A DNA stretch of 64,000 nt, taken from the NCBI GenBank assembly GCA_041690135.1, contig JAWLHY010000010.1, positions 160,001 through 224,000 of the forward strand, read 5' to 3'. Each line of letters opens with the position of its first letter. Within the stretch, counting starts at the first letter, position 1. The position numbers and the translations under genes are program-made. The notes beneath the pieces were generated by a model. It was not told the origin of the DNA. It ran no database searches and was given only the letters and a program-made list of their open reading frames with translations. This DNA comes from Armatimonadota bacterium. GTDB lineage: Bacteria > Armatimonadota > SYMT01. Positions 38,853-48,490 of the stretch are shown here, one piece after another.

Positions 38853-39563
38853 CTACCCAGGCATGACAAGAGGGGATGCCGCATCCGGCTCTCCGCCGCA
38901 CGATCTACTATTCTCAACATCTGCCGGGTCGAGTTCGCACCACAACCGCGTGCGATGCAGGCGTGTTACCCGCAAGTTCGGGCAGGTCTGTTCGATCAAG
39001 CCCACTACGTCGCGAATGCGGATGCCGTCTCGTTCACCGGCCGGCAATTTCAGTGTCAAAACCGCGGCCCCGCTCTCTGGAGCGCGATCGCCCGCAGGAG
39101 TCGAAGGAAGCGCTTCGAGCTTCCATTCGCGCGCCTGGGGAATCCCGGGGCCCGAAGCAAAAAATTCCGAAAGGCGGTCCGCCGCACCCTCTCCAGTGAT
39201 GGTCAGGGCGAAGCCGGCAGCCCGCACTTGTATATACGGGTTCTTTTTCTCGCTCGGGATCGGCCATACCTCCATGATGACCATCCCGGCCGGCAACTGG
39301 TTTTGCAACTCGTCGAAAGCTTGCCGAATGGCGGCTTCCTCGAGATCTCGCGCAAGATCCAGTTGGCACAGTTCCCACTCGCTGGTCGCGCCCAGGGTTA
39401 AGGCCGAGGCAAACGACATGCGCGGACGCGGGTTAAACCCCTGGCTGTAGGCGATGGGGAACCGGCTGCGCCGCATGGCGCGTTCCACCACCCGCATCAG
39501 ATCGAGGTGGCCTACGAACCGGAGCGGTTCGCCCTTGGTAAAACGGAAGAGCACTCGCTCCAT
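38853..39563 (-). CDS. Radical SAM-linked protein (TIGR03936/DUF2344-like)
   Basis: RFVGHLDLMR, YSQGFNPRPRMSF..ALTLG; follows radical SAM gene. Confidence 0.9.
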   Translation of the reverse strand: MERVLFRFTKGEPLRFVGHLDLMRVVERAMRRSRFPIAYSQGFNPRPRMSFASALTLGATSEWELCQLDLARDLEEAAIRQAFDELQNQLPAGMVIMEVWPIPSEKKNPYIQVRAAGFALTITGEGAADRLSEFFASGPGIPQAREWKLEALPSTPAGDRAPESGAAVLTLKLPAGERDGIRIRDVVGLIEQTCPNLRVTRLHRTRLWCELDPADVENSRSCGGEPDAASPLVMPG

Positions 39564-39641
39564 GAATCTGTCCGCCGCGTTGCCCCGGGACCGGGGCAAC
39601 GCTCTTCTTCAAGTATCGTGGAAAAGACGCCGGCACGCAAG

Positions 39642-41549
39642 TCAGGCGAGAACCGGCAGGAAAACCTTTTCACCTTTGGCATCACCGCCGATCTCGCCGG
39701 TTGCGCGCCAGATATCGACGTTCAGATCCCAGCAGGCGGCACAGCCGAAGCACTGGGTGGTCTTGCAGTCTTCGACAATGCGCGGGACAGGCTTGCGTGC
39801 TTTCTTGTCCTCCACCATGAGGAACCGTTTGGTGACGCCGCAATCGATGTGGTCCCACGGGAGACCTTCGTCGTAGGAACGCTCCCGGTTGGCGTACCAG
39901 TGGGAGTCGATTCCTTCTTCGACGCATACACGCGCCCAGAGCTTGGGATCGTGGTGTTCGTCCCAGCCGTCGAAGCGGCCGCCCTGCTCCCACACACGCC
40001 GGATCACCTGGGACATGCGGCGGTCGGCGCGCGACAGCAGTCCCTCGCAGAAGCTGGTTTCCGCGTCGTGAAGACTGAGTTTGATGGCGCGGATGCCCCG
40101 GCAGGCCTCGCGAAGCAAATCTTGCTTGCGGTTGATCTCGTCGAGGGGGTCCTGCCCGTGCCACTGGAACGGCGTGTGCGGCTTCGGCACGAACGTAGAG
40201 ACCCCCACGTTGACCTCCGCGGGAATCTTCTTGCTGCGCCCGATGGCCAGCACCTTCTTTGCCAGGTGCGCGATGCCGAGCACGTCCTCATCCGTCTCGG
40301 TCGGCAGTCCGATCATGAAGTAGAGCTTGATCTTCTTCCACCCCTTGTCGAACGCAGCCTCCACCGAGGTGAAGAGGTCGTCCTCGCTCACCGTTTTGCT
40401 GACGACGTCCCGCATCCGCTGGGAGCCCGCCTCCGGTGCGAACGTGAGACCGCTCTTCCGCACCTCCTGCACCTTATTGGCGAGATCGACGCTGAATGCG
40501 TCGACGCGGAGCGAGGAGAGCGAAAGGCTGATCCGCTGCTCCCGGTGCTCGTCAAGCAGTTCGTCCGTAAGCTCCGGGAGGCGCGTGTAGTCCGCCGTGG
40601 AGAGCGACATCAGGGAGATCTCATCGCACCCCGTGTTCTGGACCAGCTCGCGGGCGAGATTCTCCAGGTTCTCCTTCGACCGTTCGCGGACCGGCCGCGT
40701 GATCATCCCGGCCTGGCAGAACCGGCAGCCGCGCGTGCAACCGCGAAACACTTCCAGGGTAATCCGGTCGTGCACCGCCTGCATATAGCTGACGACCGGT
40801 TTCGTAGGGTACGGAACCTGGTCCAGGTCCTGAACCACGCGCTTGGAAACCTTCTCCGGAACTTCCGGATAAAGTGGCCGGGTGACCTGCAGCGAGCCGT
40901 CTTCGTTGTAAACCGCTTCGTAGAGGATAGGGACGTAGATACCCGGCACCTGTGCGAGCGCCTTGAGGCGCTCCAGGCGCGGCCGGTCGCGGGTCGCTTT
41001 CACCAGGTCGAGGAAGTCGTTCAGCACATCCTCGCACTCCCCGATCATGAAACAATCGATGAACTCTGCCATGGGCTCGGGGTTGAAGACGCAATTACCG
41101 CCCGCTAGCACGATGGGATCGTCATCCCCACGCTCCGCCGTGGAGAGCGGGATACCACCCAGGTCGAGCACCGTGAGCACATTCGTGTAGGTCTGCTCAT
41201 ACCCCAAGGAAAACCCGACTACATCGAACTCGCGGAGGGGATGCCGCGACTCCAGCCCATAAAGCGGGACGCCGAACTCGCGCATGCGGGCTTCCATGTC
41301 CACCCAGGGACAGAACGCCCGCTCGCATAACGCATCTTCCCGGCGGTTGACCATGTCATAGACAATCTGGATCGCCAGGTTAGACATGCCCAGCTCATAC
41401 GTGTCCGGATAGAGGACACAGAACTTGAGATCGGTTTGATCCCAGTCCTTGAGGATGATATTCCATTCCCCGCCGGTATAGCGGGCGGGCTTGTCCACCC
41501 GGGTTAAAACTTCGCGCTCGAGCAATTCCTGCCAGTTCGCGGCGACCAT
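39642..41549 (-). CDS. B12-binding radical SAM protein (TIGR03960-like)
   Basis: KPARYTGGE, PDTYELGMSN, RGCTRGCRFC, TFAPEAG, KLYFMIGLPTET, FVPKPHTPFQW, C-terminal C-x4-CFGCAAC. Confidence 0.93.
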   Translation of the reverse strand: MVAANWQELLEREVLTRVDKPARYTGGEWNIILKDWDQTDLKFCVLYPDTYELGMSNLAIQIVYDMVNRREDALCERAFCPWVDMEARMREFGVPLYGLESRHPLREFDVVGFSLGYEQTYTNVLTVLDLGGIPLSTAERGDDDPIVLAGGNCVFNPEPMAEFIDCFMIGECEDVLNDFLDLVKATRDRPRLERLKALAQVPGIYVPILYEAVYNEDGSLQVTRPLYPEVPEKVSKRVVQDLDQVPYPTKPVVSYMQAVHDRITLEVFRGCTRGCRFCQAGMITRPVRERSKENLENLARELVQNTGCDEISLMSLSTADYTRLPELTDELLDEHREQRISLSLSSLRVDAFSVDLANKVQEVRKSGLTFAPEAGSQRMRDVVSKTVSEDDLFTSVEAAFDKGWKKIKLYFMIGLPTETDEDVLGIAHLAKKVLAIGRSKKIPAEVNVGVSTFVPKPHTPFQWHGQDPLDEINRKQDLLREACRGIRAIKLSLHDAETSFCEGLLSRADRRMSQVIRRVWEQGGRFDGWDEHHDPKLWARVCVEEGIDSHWYANRERSYDEGLPWDHIDCGVTKRFLMVEDKKARKPVPRIVEDCKTTQCFGCAACWDLNVDIWRATGEIGGDAKGEKVFLPVLA

Positions 41550-41641
41550 CGCATTTCTCTCCATTTCGAACCTGGCACTCTTGGAGCCGGCTTGGACCCA
41601 ACTTACCACGTTGAGACCGGGAGTGCAAATGGCGGAAAGCC

Positions 41642-41714
41642 AGGTGCGAGGTGGGAAGTAAGGTGCGAGATGGGAAAAAAGGTGCGAGAAGAGGAGCGCG
41701 GGCGTCCCGCCCGC
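41642..41714. repeat. 19-bp-period direct repeat plus REP-like palindrome
   Basis: AGGTGCGAG three times at 19-nt spacing, then GGAGCGCGGGCGTCCCGCCCGC. Confidence 0.7.
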
Positions 41715-41760
41715 CCGTGAGGAGGGTGGAGCAAAGAGGGTGGAGCGTGGAGCGGGCGTA

Positions 41761-42048
41761 TCACCCGCCACTTTCGCACCTGGAATGCACCGCGTTGACC
41801 GCAAGGGTCACGTTAGGGTCGAGGTCGCAGTCCCCGACCAGGACCTTGCTTCCATACCGGTAACGCACCTCGATAGCCGGCGGAGGTGGAGCGGGCGTCT
41901 CGTCCGGCAGTTGGGAAAGCGATGAAGTGTGAAGGGCGGCGCAACCGCCGTGCCCCAGAGGGTGCGGGGAGGAGCTGAGCGGTTCCGGGGACCTAACCGA
42001 ATGCGCATTACGGGCACCCGCCGCGGAGTGAAATGTCCCAGCATCCAC
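41761..42048 (-). CDS. Possible small hypothetical protein
   Basis: 3' half (IEVRYRYGSKVLVGDCDLDPNVTLAVNAV) has strong G/C bias at codon position 3; start uncertain. Confidence 0.4.
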   Translation of the reverse strand: MDAGTFHSAAGARNAHSVRSPEPLSSSPHPLGHGGCAALHTSSLSQLPDETPAPPPPAIEVRYRYGSKVLVGDCDLDPNVTLAVNAVHSRCESGG

Positions 42049-42140
42049 TTCGCGGCGGGTGCCTCACGCCAACGTCGGAGTTGCTGTGGTACGTAGCCGG
42101 TTGCTATCTGCTCCGTTACCTCCCCAACTCCCGACGATTG

Positions 42141-42905
42141 CTAGTCCTTACCGGTTTCGGCGTCCTTGATCTCCATCACATCTGTCTCTTTGAGCTTCAA
42201 CGTCCCGTTATCGGTCACCACCGTGTAGACACCGTCGGCCAGGCCCTGGATGCGACCGGTGATCCGATCGCCATTGCGCATGAGGATGGACTTCAATGGC
42301 CCGGTCGCCGCCGCCGCGGGTTCCCCTGCCGCTGAAGCGTTGGATGCACCGATTCGCACGGTGTCATCGATGTAGCCCACGATCTCCGTGCCCTCCTTGA
42401 GGGTGACGTTGCCGCCCTTGATGAAAAGAGCCAGAGGGGCTAACAGGATGGTCGCGGCAATCGTGGCTCCGGCCGCACTTTTCCCGGCACGTGCCTTCGT
42501 AGCTCGCAGTGGCACCCGCTGTCCATCCACCGAAGTGGTGTAGTCGATGGAGATGTCCAGGAGGCCGCGCTTCCCAAAGATGCCACTTTTCCGCGACGCC
42601 GTAACGGTTCCGTATGCGGCGGTCCCTTTCCGAATCAGCACTTTGCCTTCCGCGTCAACCACGTCGTCGTCCACCCGTAGGTTCACGCGGGAACCCTTCT
42701 TGGCATCCCCCGACTTGTATTTCCCTACCGTGATGAGCTTGATAGTCATATCGGGCACGAGTATGCCCGGAGGAGCAGTGGGAGGTGGGAGATCCGGTAC
42801 CGCTTCCTTCTCCTTATCCATAGCGACAGCGCCTCCCGGGAAGGCGGCGGACGCGGCACAGCACATCCCCAGTGCAGCAACTTTGATTACGGAGCGCCGA
42901 TTCAT
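42141..42905 (-). CDS. Exported hypothetical protein (beta-rich core plus small C-terminal domain)
   Basis: MNRRSVIK Tat-like signal; VLIRKGTAAYGTV..GKRGLLDISID..VDGQRVPL; C-terminal LMRNGDRITGRI. Confidence 0.75.
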   Translation of the reverse strand: MNRRSVIKVAALGMCCAASAAFPGGAVAMDKEKEAVPDLPPPTAPPGILVPDMTIKLITVGKYKSGDAKKGSRVNLRVDDDVVDAEGKVLIRKGTAAYGTVTASRKSGIFGKRGLLDISIDYTTSVDGQRVPLRATKARAGKSAAGATIAATILLAPLALFIKGGNVTLKEGTEIVGYIDDTVRIGASNASAAGEPAAAATGPLKSILMRNGDRITGRIQGLADGVYTVVTDNGTLKLKETDVMEIKDAETGKD

Positions 42906-43067
42906 TCAGGCAGTCCCTTTCTTGTACGGAGACCAGGCAGGCACGAGTACATTCGGGCTCCTCTCTGGAAAACCTCCTTCCTTTCGGCATTTTCCTGCAA
43001 TGCCAAGGCTTCTTGCAGTAGCCCGGTGGTACGGGAACAGGCACGCAAGGGGTATCAGGGCAACGGG

Positions 43068-44624
43068 TTAGCGCCGGAGAAGGCGCTCTATGGAGGCGAT
43101 GCGCTGGGAATCCTGCCAGCGGGGGCCAATACTTTCGCGGAAGCGGGCGGCCACGGATCGACCGCTCGCGTCCTTCTGCCGGGGATCCGCTCCACGGGAA
43201 AGAAGCAGTTTCGCCGTAGAGACGTGACCCGCGATACAGGCGCGGAGTAGCGCGGTGCTCCCAGCGGCGTCGGTCTGGTCGATCCGCGCACCAGCCGAAA
43301 GGAGGCGCCGGACGATCCCGTCCTTTCCGTGTTCGGCGGCCAGCATCAGGGGTGTCACGCCTTTCGGGTCCTGTGATTCCACGCCCCGCGGCCCCGAGAG
43401 AAGGGCCAACACGACCTCCGCGTCTCCCCGAAGGATTGGAAGGAAAAGATCGGTGCTCGTGATCTCCGTATCCGATCGCCGGATCGCGCCACGGCGCAAG
43501 AGAAGGCGGATCATCTCCAGGTCCCGCCTCTCCGCGGCGCGGTCCAGGAGTGTTTCACCTGTCACCGATTGTTCGTTCGGATCCGCACCGGCATCCAAAA
43601 GCAAGTTCGCGGTCGCAACATCGCCGCGCATTACGGCCCAGCCGAGCGCCGTCTGCCCGCGCGTGTCACGTCCACGCACGTCTGCTCCCGATCGCAGTGC
43701 TTTGAGAACCTCTTCCGGCCGCCCCAGGTAAGCGGCGAGCAAGAGATCGGTGGTAGCGTTGGAGGGCGCACCTCGGAAGCGAAGCGCATCTACGGTGGGG
43801 CCGTCCAGGCGCCCCACGGCCAGATCGAGGAGGGAACGGCCCTGCGGATCCTTCTCCTCGACCGGGGCTCCGGCCGCAAGCAGGACCCTCACTACTTCGT
43901 CCGCGGGACGTCGGGTCAGTTGTTGACTCCGGGGATCCCGAAAGGCACTTCCATACGAGCCCGTGATCGGCGTCGTCGGGTTCACCATCGGAAGCTCCAT
44001 CCCCGGACTGAGCATGAAATGGAGCGGCGAAGGCTCCTGGCCATCTCGCGAGGCGACTGCGGCTCCGTGTCGCAAGAGAAGCTCCACGACCGATGCGTGG
44101 CCGGAGCGGGCCGCGAGCATCAGGGGTGTGCGTCCCCGACGATCACGCATGTCGGGATCCGCGCCCGCCCGGAGCAGCGTGTCGACGATGGTCAGGCGAC
44201 CCATCTGTGCGGCCACGGAGAGCGGCGTCCGCAGATTGCCGTCCTGCGCATTGGGGTTGGCGCCGAGATCGAGTAGGGTGGCGACCATTTCCCCATGGCC
44301 CCTCCCGGCGGCGCGTTGGAGCGGTGTGCGGAGGCCGGGATCCCTCTGGTCGACATCGGCTCCGCCGCTCACCAGGAGCCGCACGCCTTCGACGTTGCCG
44401 ACGGACTCGGCGCGAATAATGGGCGCTTCGCCCTCCGGAGCCCGGCTACGCGTATCCGCCCCCGCGTCGATCAGGGCCTGGGTGATGGCCGGGTCCCGTT
44501 CGTGGATCGCTTCGAGCAACTGCTGGTTCAGAGCCTGCTGCCGGGCATGGCGATGTCCTTGCCACACGGCAATCAGCAGGGCCAGGGACAACAGCCAGTA
44601 GGTTCCTCGCGAGATCCGCTTCAT
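43068..44624 (-). CDS. Ankyrin-repeat protein with N-terminal anchor
   Basis: Many TPLxxAAxxG...LLxxGAD repeats; N-terminal hydrophobic segment. Confidence 0.92.
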   Translation of the reverse strand: MKRISRGTYWLLSLALLIAVWQGHRHARQQALNQQLLEAIHERDPAITQALIDAGADTRSRAPEGEAPIIRAESVGNVEGVRLLVSGGADVDQRDPGLRTPLQRAAGRGHGEMVATLLDLGANPNAQDGNLRTPLSVAAQMGRLTIVDTLLRAGADPDMRDRRGRTPLMLAARSGHASVVELLLRHGAAVASRDGQEPSPLHFMLSPGMELPMVNPTTPITGSYGSAFRDPRSQQLTRRPADEVVRVLLAAGAPVEEKDPQGRSLLDLAVGRLDGPTVDALRFRGAPSNATTDLLLAAYLGRPEEVLKALRSGADVRGRDTRGQTALGWAVMRGDVATANLLLDAGADPNEQSVTGETLLDRAAERRDLEMIRLLLRRGAIRRSDTEITSTDLFLPILRGDAEVVLALLSGPRGVESQDPKGVTPLMLAAEHGKDGIVRRLLSAGARIDQTDAAGSTALLRACIAGHVSTAKLLLSRGADPRQKDASGRSVAARFRESIGPRWQDSQRIASIERLLRR

Positions 44625-44649
44625 GCTCGCCTCCCGGCGCCTGTAACCG

Positions 44650-45579
44650 TCACTTGCCAGACAGGCTATGGATGGGGGTTCCGGCTCCTTCGGTGCTGAT
44701 CCATAACTCTCCGCCGTTGCGGCTGTAGGCGATCGCCTCGCCCTGTCGCGTTTCCGGAAGCGGCACGTGCGCGGGAGCCCTGGTCAGCGCCGCGGCCACG
44801 TCGCCGCCCGGGACCATCCACTCGTAGGCGTCGGTGTAAGTGCGGATAACGAGCCGGCTGCCATCCGGCGCCAGGTCCGCGGCCGTTATCAGCCGGGAGG
44901 CGATCACGTCGCGCAACCCTCGGATGGTGCGCGGTTGCGGCTCCAGATCGATAGACGCCACTTTTCGGAGTGTGTTGGGCTCGTTCGCCTTCAGCGGGTT
45001 AGGCGCCGCGTAAAGCGCGGAACCGTCTAGCGCCTTGCTTATCACAAAGAGTTGCCCGGTCTTTGGGTGGGCCATGAGGGCTTCCGCATCGCGCGGTCCA
45101 CCGTCATAAACGAATTCAAACGCCTGTGCCGGGGCGGCCTCCAATGTCTCGCCGGCGCGGCTTTCGTCAACGATCGGCTCGGGGACCCGGTAAACGGTGA
45201 CGGATTTGCGAACAGCCGTGTTGTCGCCGATGTCCGCCAGGTAGAGGACGGGGCCACCGGCTTCGTCGGTGCCGCGCGCGATGTCCTCCCAGTCGATATT
45301 CTTCGCACCGGGAACTTTGAAGGTGGCCAGCGTGGCGCCACTGCGGGACACGGCGAAGAACCGCGCCTCGTCGCCGCTATCGTTGTGGGTGAAGAAGTAG
45401 CCATCGCTCCGGGAGGCTGCCGCAAGCCCGCTCGATTCCGCAATTCGCGTGTCCTTGAACCGGGCCAGCACCCGGGGCGGGCCGTAGGGTGAAGGGGCCG
45501 CGGCCCACGCGACGCCCGCGCCCAGCAACAGGGCGAAGAAAGCTCCGGGGACGGATGAAATGGGACTTCCTCTGCGCAT
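44650..45579 (-). CDS. Exported beta-propeller protein (esterase-like phytase / SdiA-regulated-like)
   Basis: ESSGLA, THNDSG, DWEDIA, ADIGDN, DAEAL, RTY, QGEAI motifs. Confidence 0.8.
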   Translation of the reverse strand: MRRGSPISSVPGAFFALLLGAGVAWAAAPSPYGPPRVLARFKDTRIAESSGLAAASRSDGYFFTHNDSGDEARFFAVSRSGATLATFKVPGAKNIDWEDIARGTDEAGGPVLYLADIGDNTAVRKSVTVYRVPEPIVDESRAGETLEAAPAQAFEFVYDGGPRDAEALMAHPKTGQLFVISKALDGSALYAAPNPLKANEPNTLRKVASIDLEPQPRTIRGLRDVIASRLITAADLAPDGSRLVIRTYTDAYEWMVPGGDVAAALTRAPAHVPLPETRQGEAIAYSRNGGELWISTEGAGTPIHSLSGK

Positions 45580-45809
45580 AGATTCTATGACCCTTAGTTG
45601 CACCGGGCGGTTCAAAAGTTGGTACGGTTTCCACGCATACTCGGCTGGGAAATCGACGCCAGGAGCGCCGCGGCAATTTGCATCTCCTCCTGGCTAGGAA
45701 GGTGGGGGGCTATCGCCGAAGAGGACACCCATCAGGCGGCGGACGCATTCAGGGTGCGTACCCGGAAGGCATGGCATCCGGTGGAATCGGCCGGGGACGG
45801 GCCAGGCGA

Positions 45810-46580
45810 TCAGAGGCGGCGACGCGACAGAACCCGGACCACGAAAACCGGAAGGGTGGCGACCTTCGTGTATTTCTTGGGGTTCTGGATCAGACGGTAA
45901 AGCCACTCCAGCCCGTGACGCTGCATCCAGAGGGGAGCGCGGTTCACTCGCCCGCTGAACACGTCGAAGGTCCCCCCCACCCCCATGCACACCGGCACCT
46001 GTAAATCTTCCAGGTGCTCCGTGATCCACTTCTCCTGCTTGGGGATGCCCATCGCCACCAGCAGCACGGCGGGTCGCTTCTCCCGGATATCCCGGATCAA
46101 CTCCGCCTGCTGCTCGGGACTGGTCATAAACCCGTGGGCCGTACCGACAATGTTCGCTCCCGGATAGCGCTGCCGCATCGTTTCCGCGGCATCCTCCGCC
46201 ACACCCGGAGCGGCGCCGTAGAAATACACCCCGTAGCCCCGGCGGGCACTTTCGGCACACAGCTGCTCGGCGAGATCCACTCCCGAAACCCGCTCTTCCA
46301 ACGGGGTGCCGAGTTTCCGCGCGGCCCAAAGAATGCCGGTACTGTCGGGAGTTACCAGGGCGGCGTTATTGACGATCCGCAGAAACTCCGGATCACCGCT
46401 GGCGATGACGTGACCGGATGCATCCGCGGTCACCACCAGGTGCGGGCGGCCGCTGTCGATGAACTGTTGGAGCGCTTCCAGGGCGCGGGTCCGGTTCACC
46501 CGGTGGACGCGCATCCCCAGAAGGTCGATAGAGGGGAGTTCAGGTTCAGTCAAGGTCGGGTGAGCTGGGACCGGTACCAT
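45810..46580 (-). CDS. WecB/TagA/CpsF glycosyltransferase (GT26)
   Basis: ERVSGVDL, HGF, VAMGIPKQEKW, GVGGTFD, RAP..MQ..GLEWLYRL. Confidence 0.95.
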   Translation of the reverse strand: MVPVPAHPTLTEPELPSIDLLGMRVHRVNRTRALEALQQFIDSGRPHLVVTADASGHVIASGDPEFLRIVNNAALVTPDSTGILWAARKLGTPLEERVSGVDLAEQLCAESARRGYGVYFYGAAPGVAEDAAETMRQRYPGANIVGTAHGFMTSPEQQAELIRDIREKRPAVLLVAMGIPKQEKWITEHLEDLQVPVCMGVGGTFDVFSGRVNRAPLWMQRHGLEWLYRLIQNPKKYTKVATLPVFVVRVLSRRRL

Positions 46581-47503
46581 GGAATAGTCTTTTCGAGCCC
46601 CTCACGCAGTGGTACTCGTGGTTCCCAGCCGAGGCGGGCTCGCGCCTTGCCGATGTCGGGGCGACGACGGGAGGGATCATCTTCGAAGAGGAGCGGCCGG
46701 AACTCCAGTTCCGATGCACTGCCGGTAACTTCCAGCACTTCTCGGGCGAACTCGAGAATCGTGAATTCCACGGGATTGCCGAGGTTGAAGACTTCCCCCC
46801 GGGTGCCTTCCGTGAACATGACACGCTGGATACCTTCCACCAGATCGGAGACGTACTGGAAGCTGCGGGTTTGCGATCCATCCCCGTAGATGGTCAACGG
46901 CTCGCCGCGCAGCGCCTGGGTGATAAAGTTGGGCACCACCCGGCCATCGTCCAGCTGGTTTCGCGGACCGTAGGTGTTAAAGATGCGGATCACCCGCGCA
47001 TCGACGTCGTACTGCCGGATCCACTCCATCGTGGCCGCCTCCGCGAACCGCTTCGCTTCGTCGTAGCACGCGCGCAGGCCAATGGGGTTGACGTTGCCCC
47101 AGTATTCCTCGGACTGCGGGTGCACCAGCGGATCCCCATAAACCTCCGAGGTGGAGGCCATCAGGAACCGGGCACCGCGCTCCGCCGCCAGTGCGAGGAG
47201 GTTCATCGTGCCGACGGAGTTTACCCGCAGGGTTTCGATCGCGTAAGTGCGATAGCCCACCGGGCTCGCCGGGCTGGCCATATGGAAGATCGCCTCTGCG
47301 TTATTGGCCCCGGGGCCGTCGTACGGCTCCACCACGTCATGCGGCACCAGGGTGAAGCGCGGGTGGTCGCGGAGGTGCTCCACGTTTTGCACACTGCCCG
47401 TAAGGCAGTTGTCCAGGGCCGTCACATGGTGCCCGGCTTCGAGGAGCGCATCGCAGAGGTGGCTTCCGATAAACCCGGCGCCGCCAGAGATGAGGATATT
47501 CAT
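46550..47503 (-). CDS. UDP-glucuronate decarboxylase (UDP-xylose synthase)-like SDR
   Basis: GGAGFIGSHL, ASPASP, STSEVYGDP, YWGNVNPIG.RACYDEAKR, RIFNTYGP, DDPSRRRPDI. Confidence 0.93.
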   Translation of the reverse strand: MNILISGGAGFIGSHLCDALLEAGHHVTALDNCLTGSVQNVEHLRDHPRFTLVPHDVVEPYDGPGANNAEAIFHMASPASPVGYRTYAIETLRVNSVGTMNLLALAAERGARFLMASTSEVYGDPLVHPQSEEYWGNVNPIGLRACYDEAKRFAEAATMEWIRQYDVDARVIRIFNTYGPRNQLDDGRVVPNFITQALRGEPLTIYGDGSQTRSFQYVSDLVEGIQRVMFTEGTRGEVFNLGNPVEFTILEFAREVLEVTGSASELEFRPLLFEDDPSRRRPDIGKARARLGWEPRVPLREGLEKTIPWYRSQLTRP

Positions 47504-47574
47504 AGAAAGACGATCGACGATCCCAGATCCCGGCCCGACAGAAGGCCAAAGGAGTATATCACGGCCCCAAGAAT

Positions 47575-48357
47575 CTACTCTGAAAGCAGGCGGAATGCCT
47601 CCGCGTAGGATTCGGGGTTTCCAATGTCGAGACGGCGCTGGCCCGGCTCGAACTGAACGGCGATCACGGGGCGACCGCGTTCCGCCAGCCAGGTCATCGC
47701 TTCCGTCAACTCGATCTCTCCTTGCGCATTGCGCCGGCACTGCCGGCACGCTTCGAAGATTTCGGGGGAGAACACGTAGCGGGCCGCAATCGCCAGGTTG
47801 CTGGGAGCTTCGACGGCCTTCGGCTTCTCGACAATCCGCCGCACGCGGAACACCTGGCCCGGCGCTCCCTCGGGTTCGAAAACGCCATAGCGGGAGATCT
47901 GCTCGTCGGAAACCACCTGTGCGGCTACCGTCGCGGCCGCTCCCATCTCCTGGTGAACTTCCATCATCCGCGCTAACAGTGAGCGCTCGCCGCCGTGGAT
48001 AATCGTGTCGCCCAACGCCACGACAAACGCCTCGTCACCGATGAAGGCTTCCCCGTGCAGCATCGCGTGGGCCAACCCGCCCTGTTCGGCCTGGTTGGCA
48101 AAAAAGACGCTCCGCCTCGGGACGCCGGTGGCCGGTTCGGCGGCACATGGCGTCTCCTCGCCCACGGGGAACAGTGCGGTCTTCCGGCGGTTGAGTACGA
48201 TCAGCAGCGCATCGAGGCCGGCCTGGTCGCACTCTTCGATCACGTGTTGAAGGACGACCTTACCCCCTACGGGCAGCATCTCCTTGGGCATCAAATGGGT
48301 GAGGGGCCGCAGCCGGGTACCAAAGCCGCCGGCCGGCAGGATTGCCTTCCGTATCAA
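47575..48357 (-). CDS. Sugar-1-phosphate nucleotidyltransferase (GalU-like)
   Basis: KAILPAGGFGTRLRPLT..PKEMLP, GLAHA, LGD, VEKP, ELTEA, DIGN. Confidence 0.88.
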   Translation of the reverse strand: MIRKAILPAGGFGTRLRPLTHLMPKEMLPVGGKVVLQHVIEECDQAGLDALLIVLNRRKTALFPVGEETPCAAEPATGVPRRSVFFANQAEQGGLAHAMLHGEAFIGDEAFVVALGDTIIHGGERSLLARMMEVHQEMGAAATVAAQVVSDEQISRYGVFEPEGAPGQVFRVRRIVEKPKAVEAPSNLAIAARYVFSPEIFEACRQCRRNAQGEIELTEAMTWLAERGRPVIAVQFEPGQRRLDIGNPESYAEAFRLLSE

Positions 48358-48490
48358 GATTCCAACCTATTCTACCTCTTGTATCCATGCGGATGATGAG
48401 GCGATAACCGGGCTGCCGACATATGATTATGGGATGCTCGCCGTCCATGCGGGCAACACTCCAAGAATCGCCTTCCGCAGGCCGCCCCCT

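Noticed and set aside
41642-41700. Repeats as a CRISPR array (also 54658 and 58187)
   Set aside because: Units too short, no unique spacers of about 30-40 nt, no cas genes.
48310-48420. Fragments resembling a c-di-GMP-I riboswitch (CAAAGCCGCCGGCC ... GATAACCGGGCTGCCGA)
   Set aside because: The first part is the antisense of the nucleotidyltransferase AGGFG codons; the GAAA tetraloop stem and spacing do not fit.
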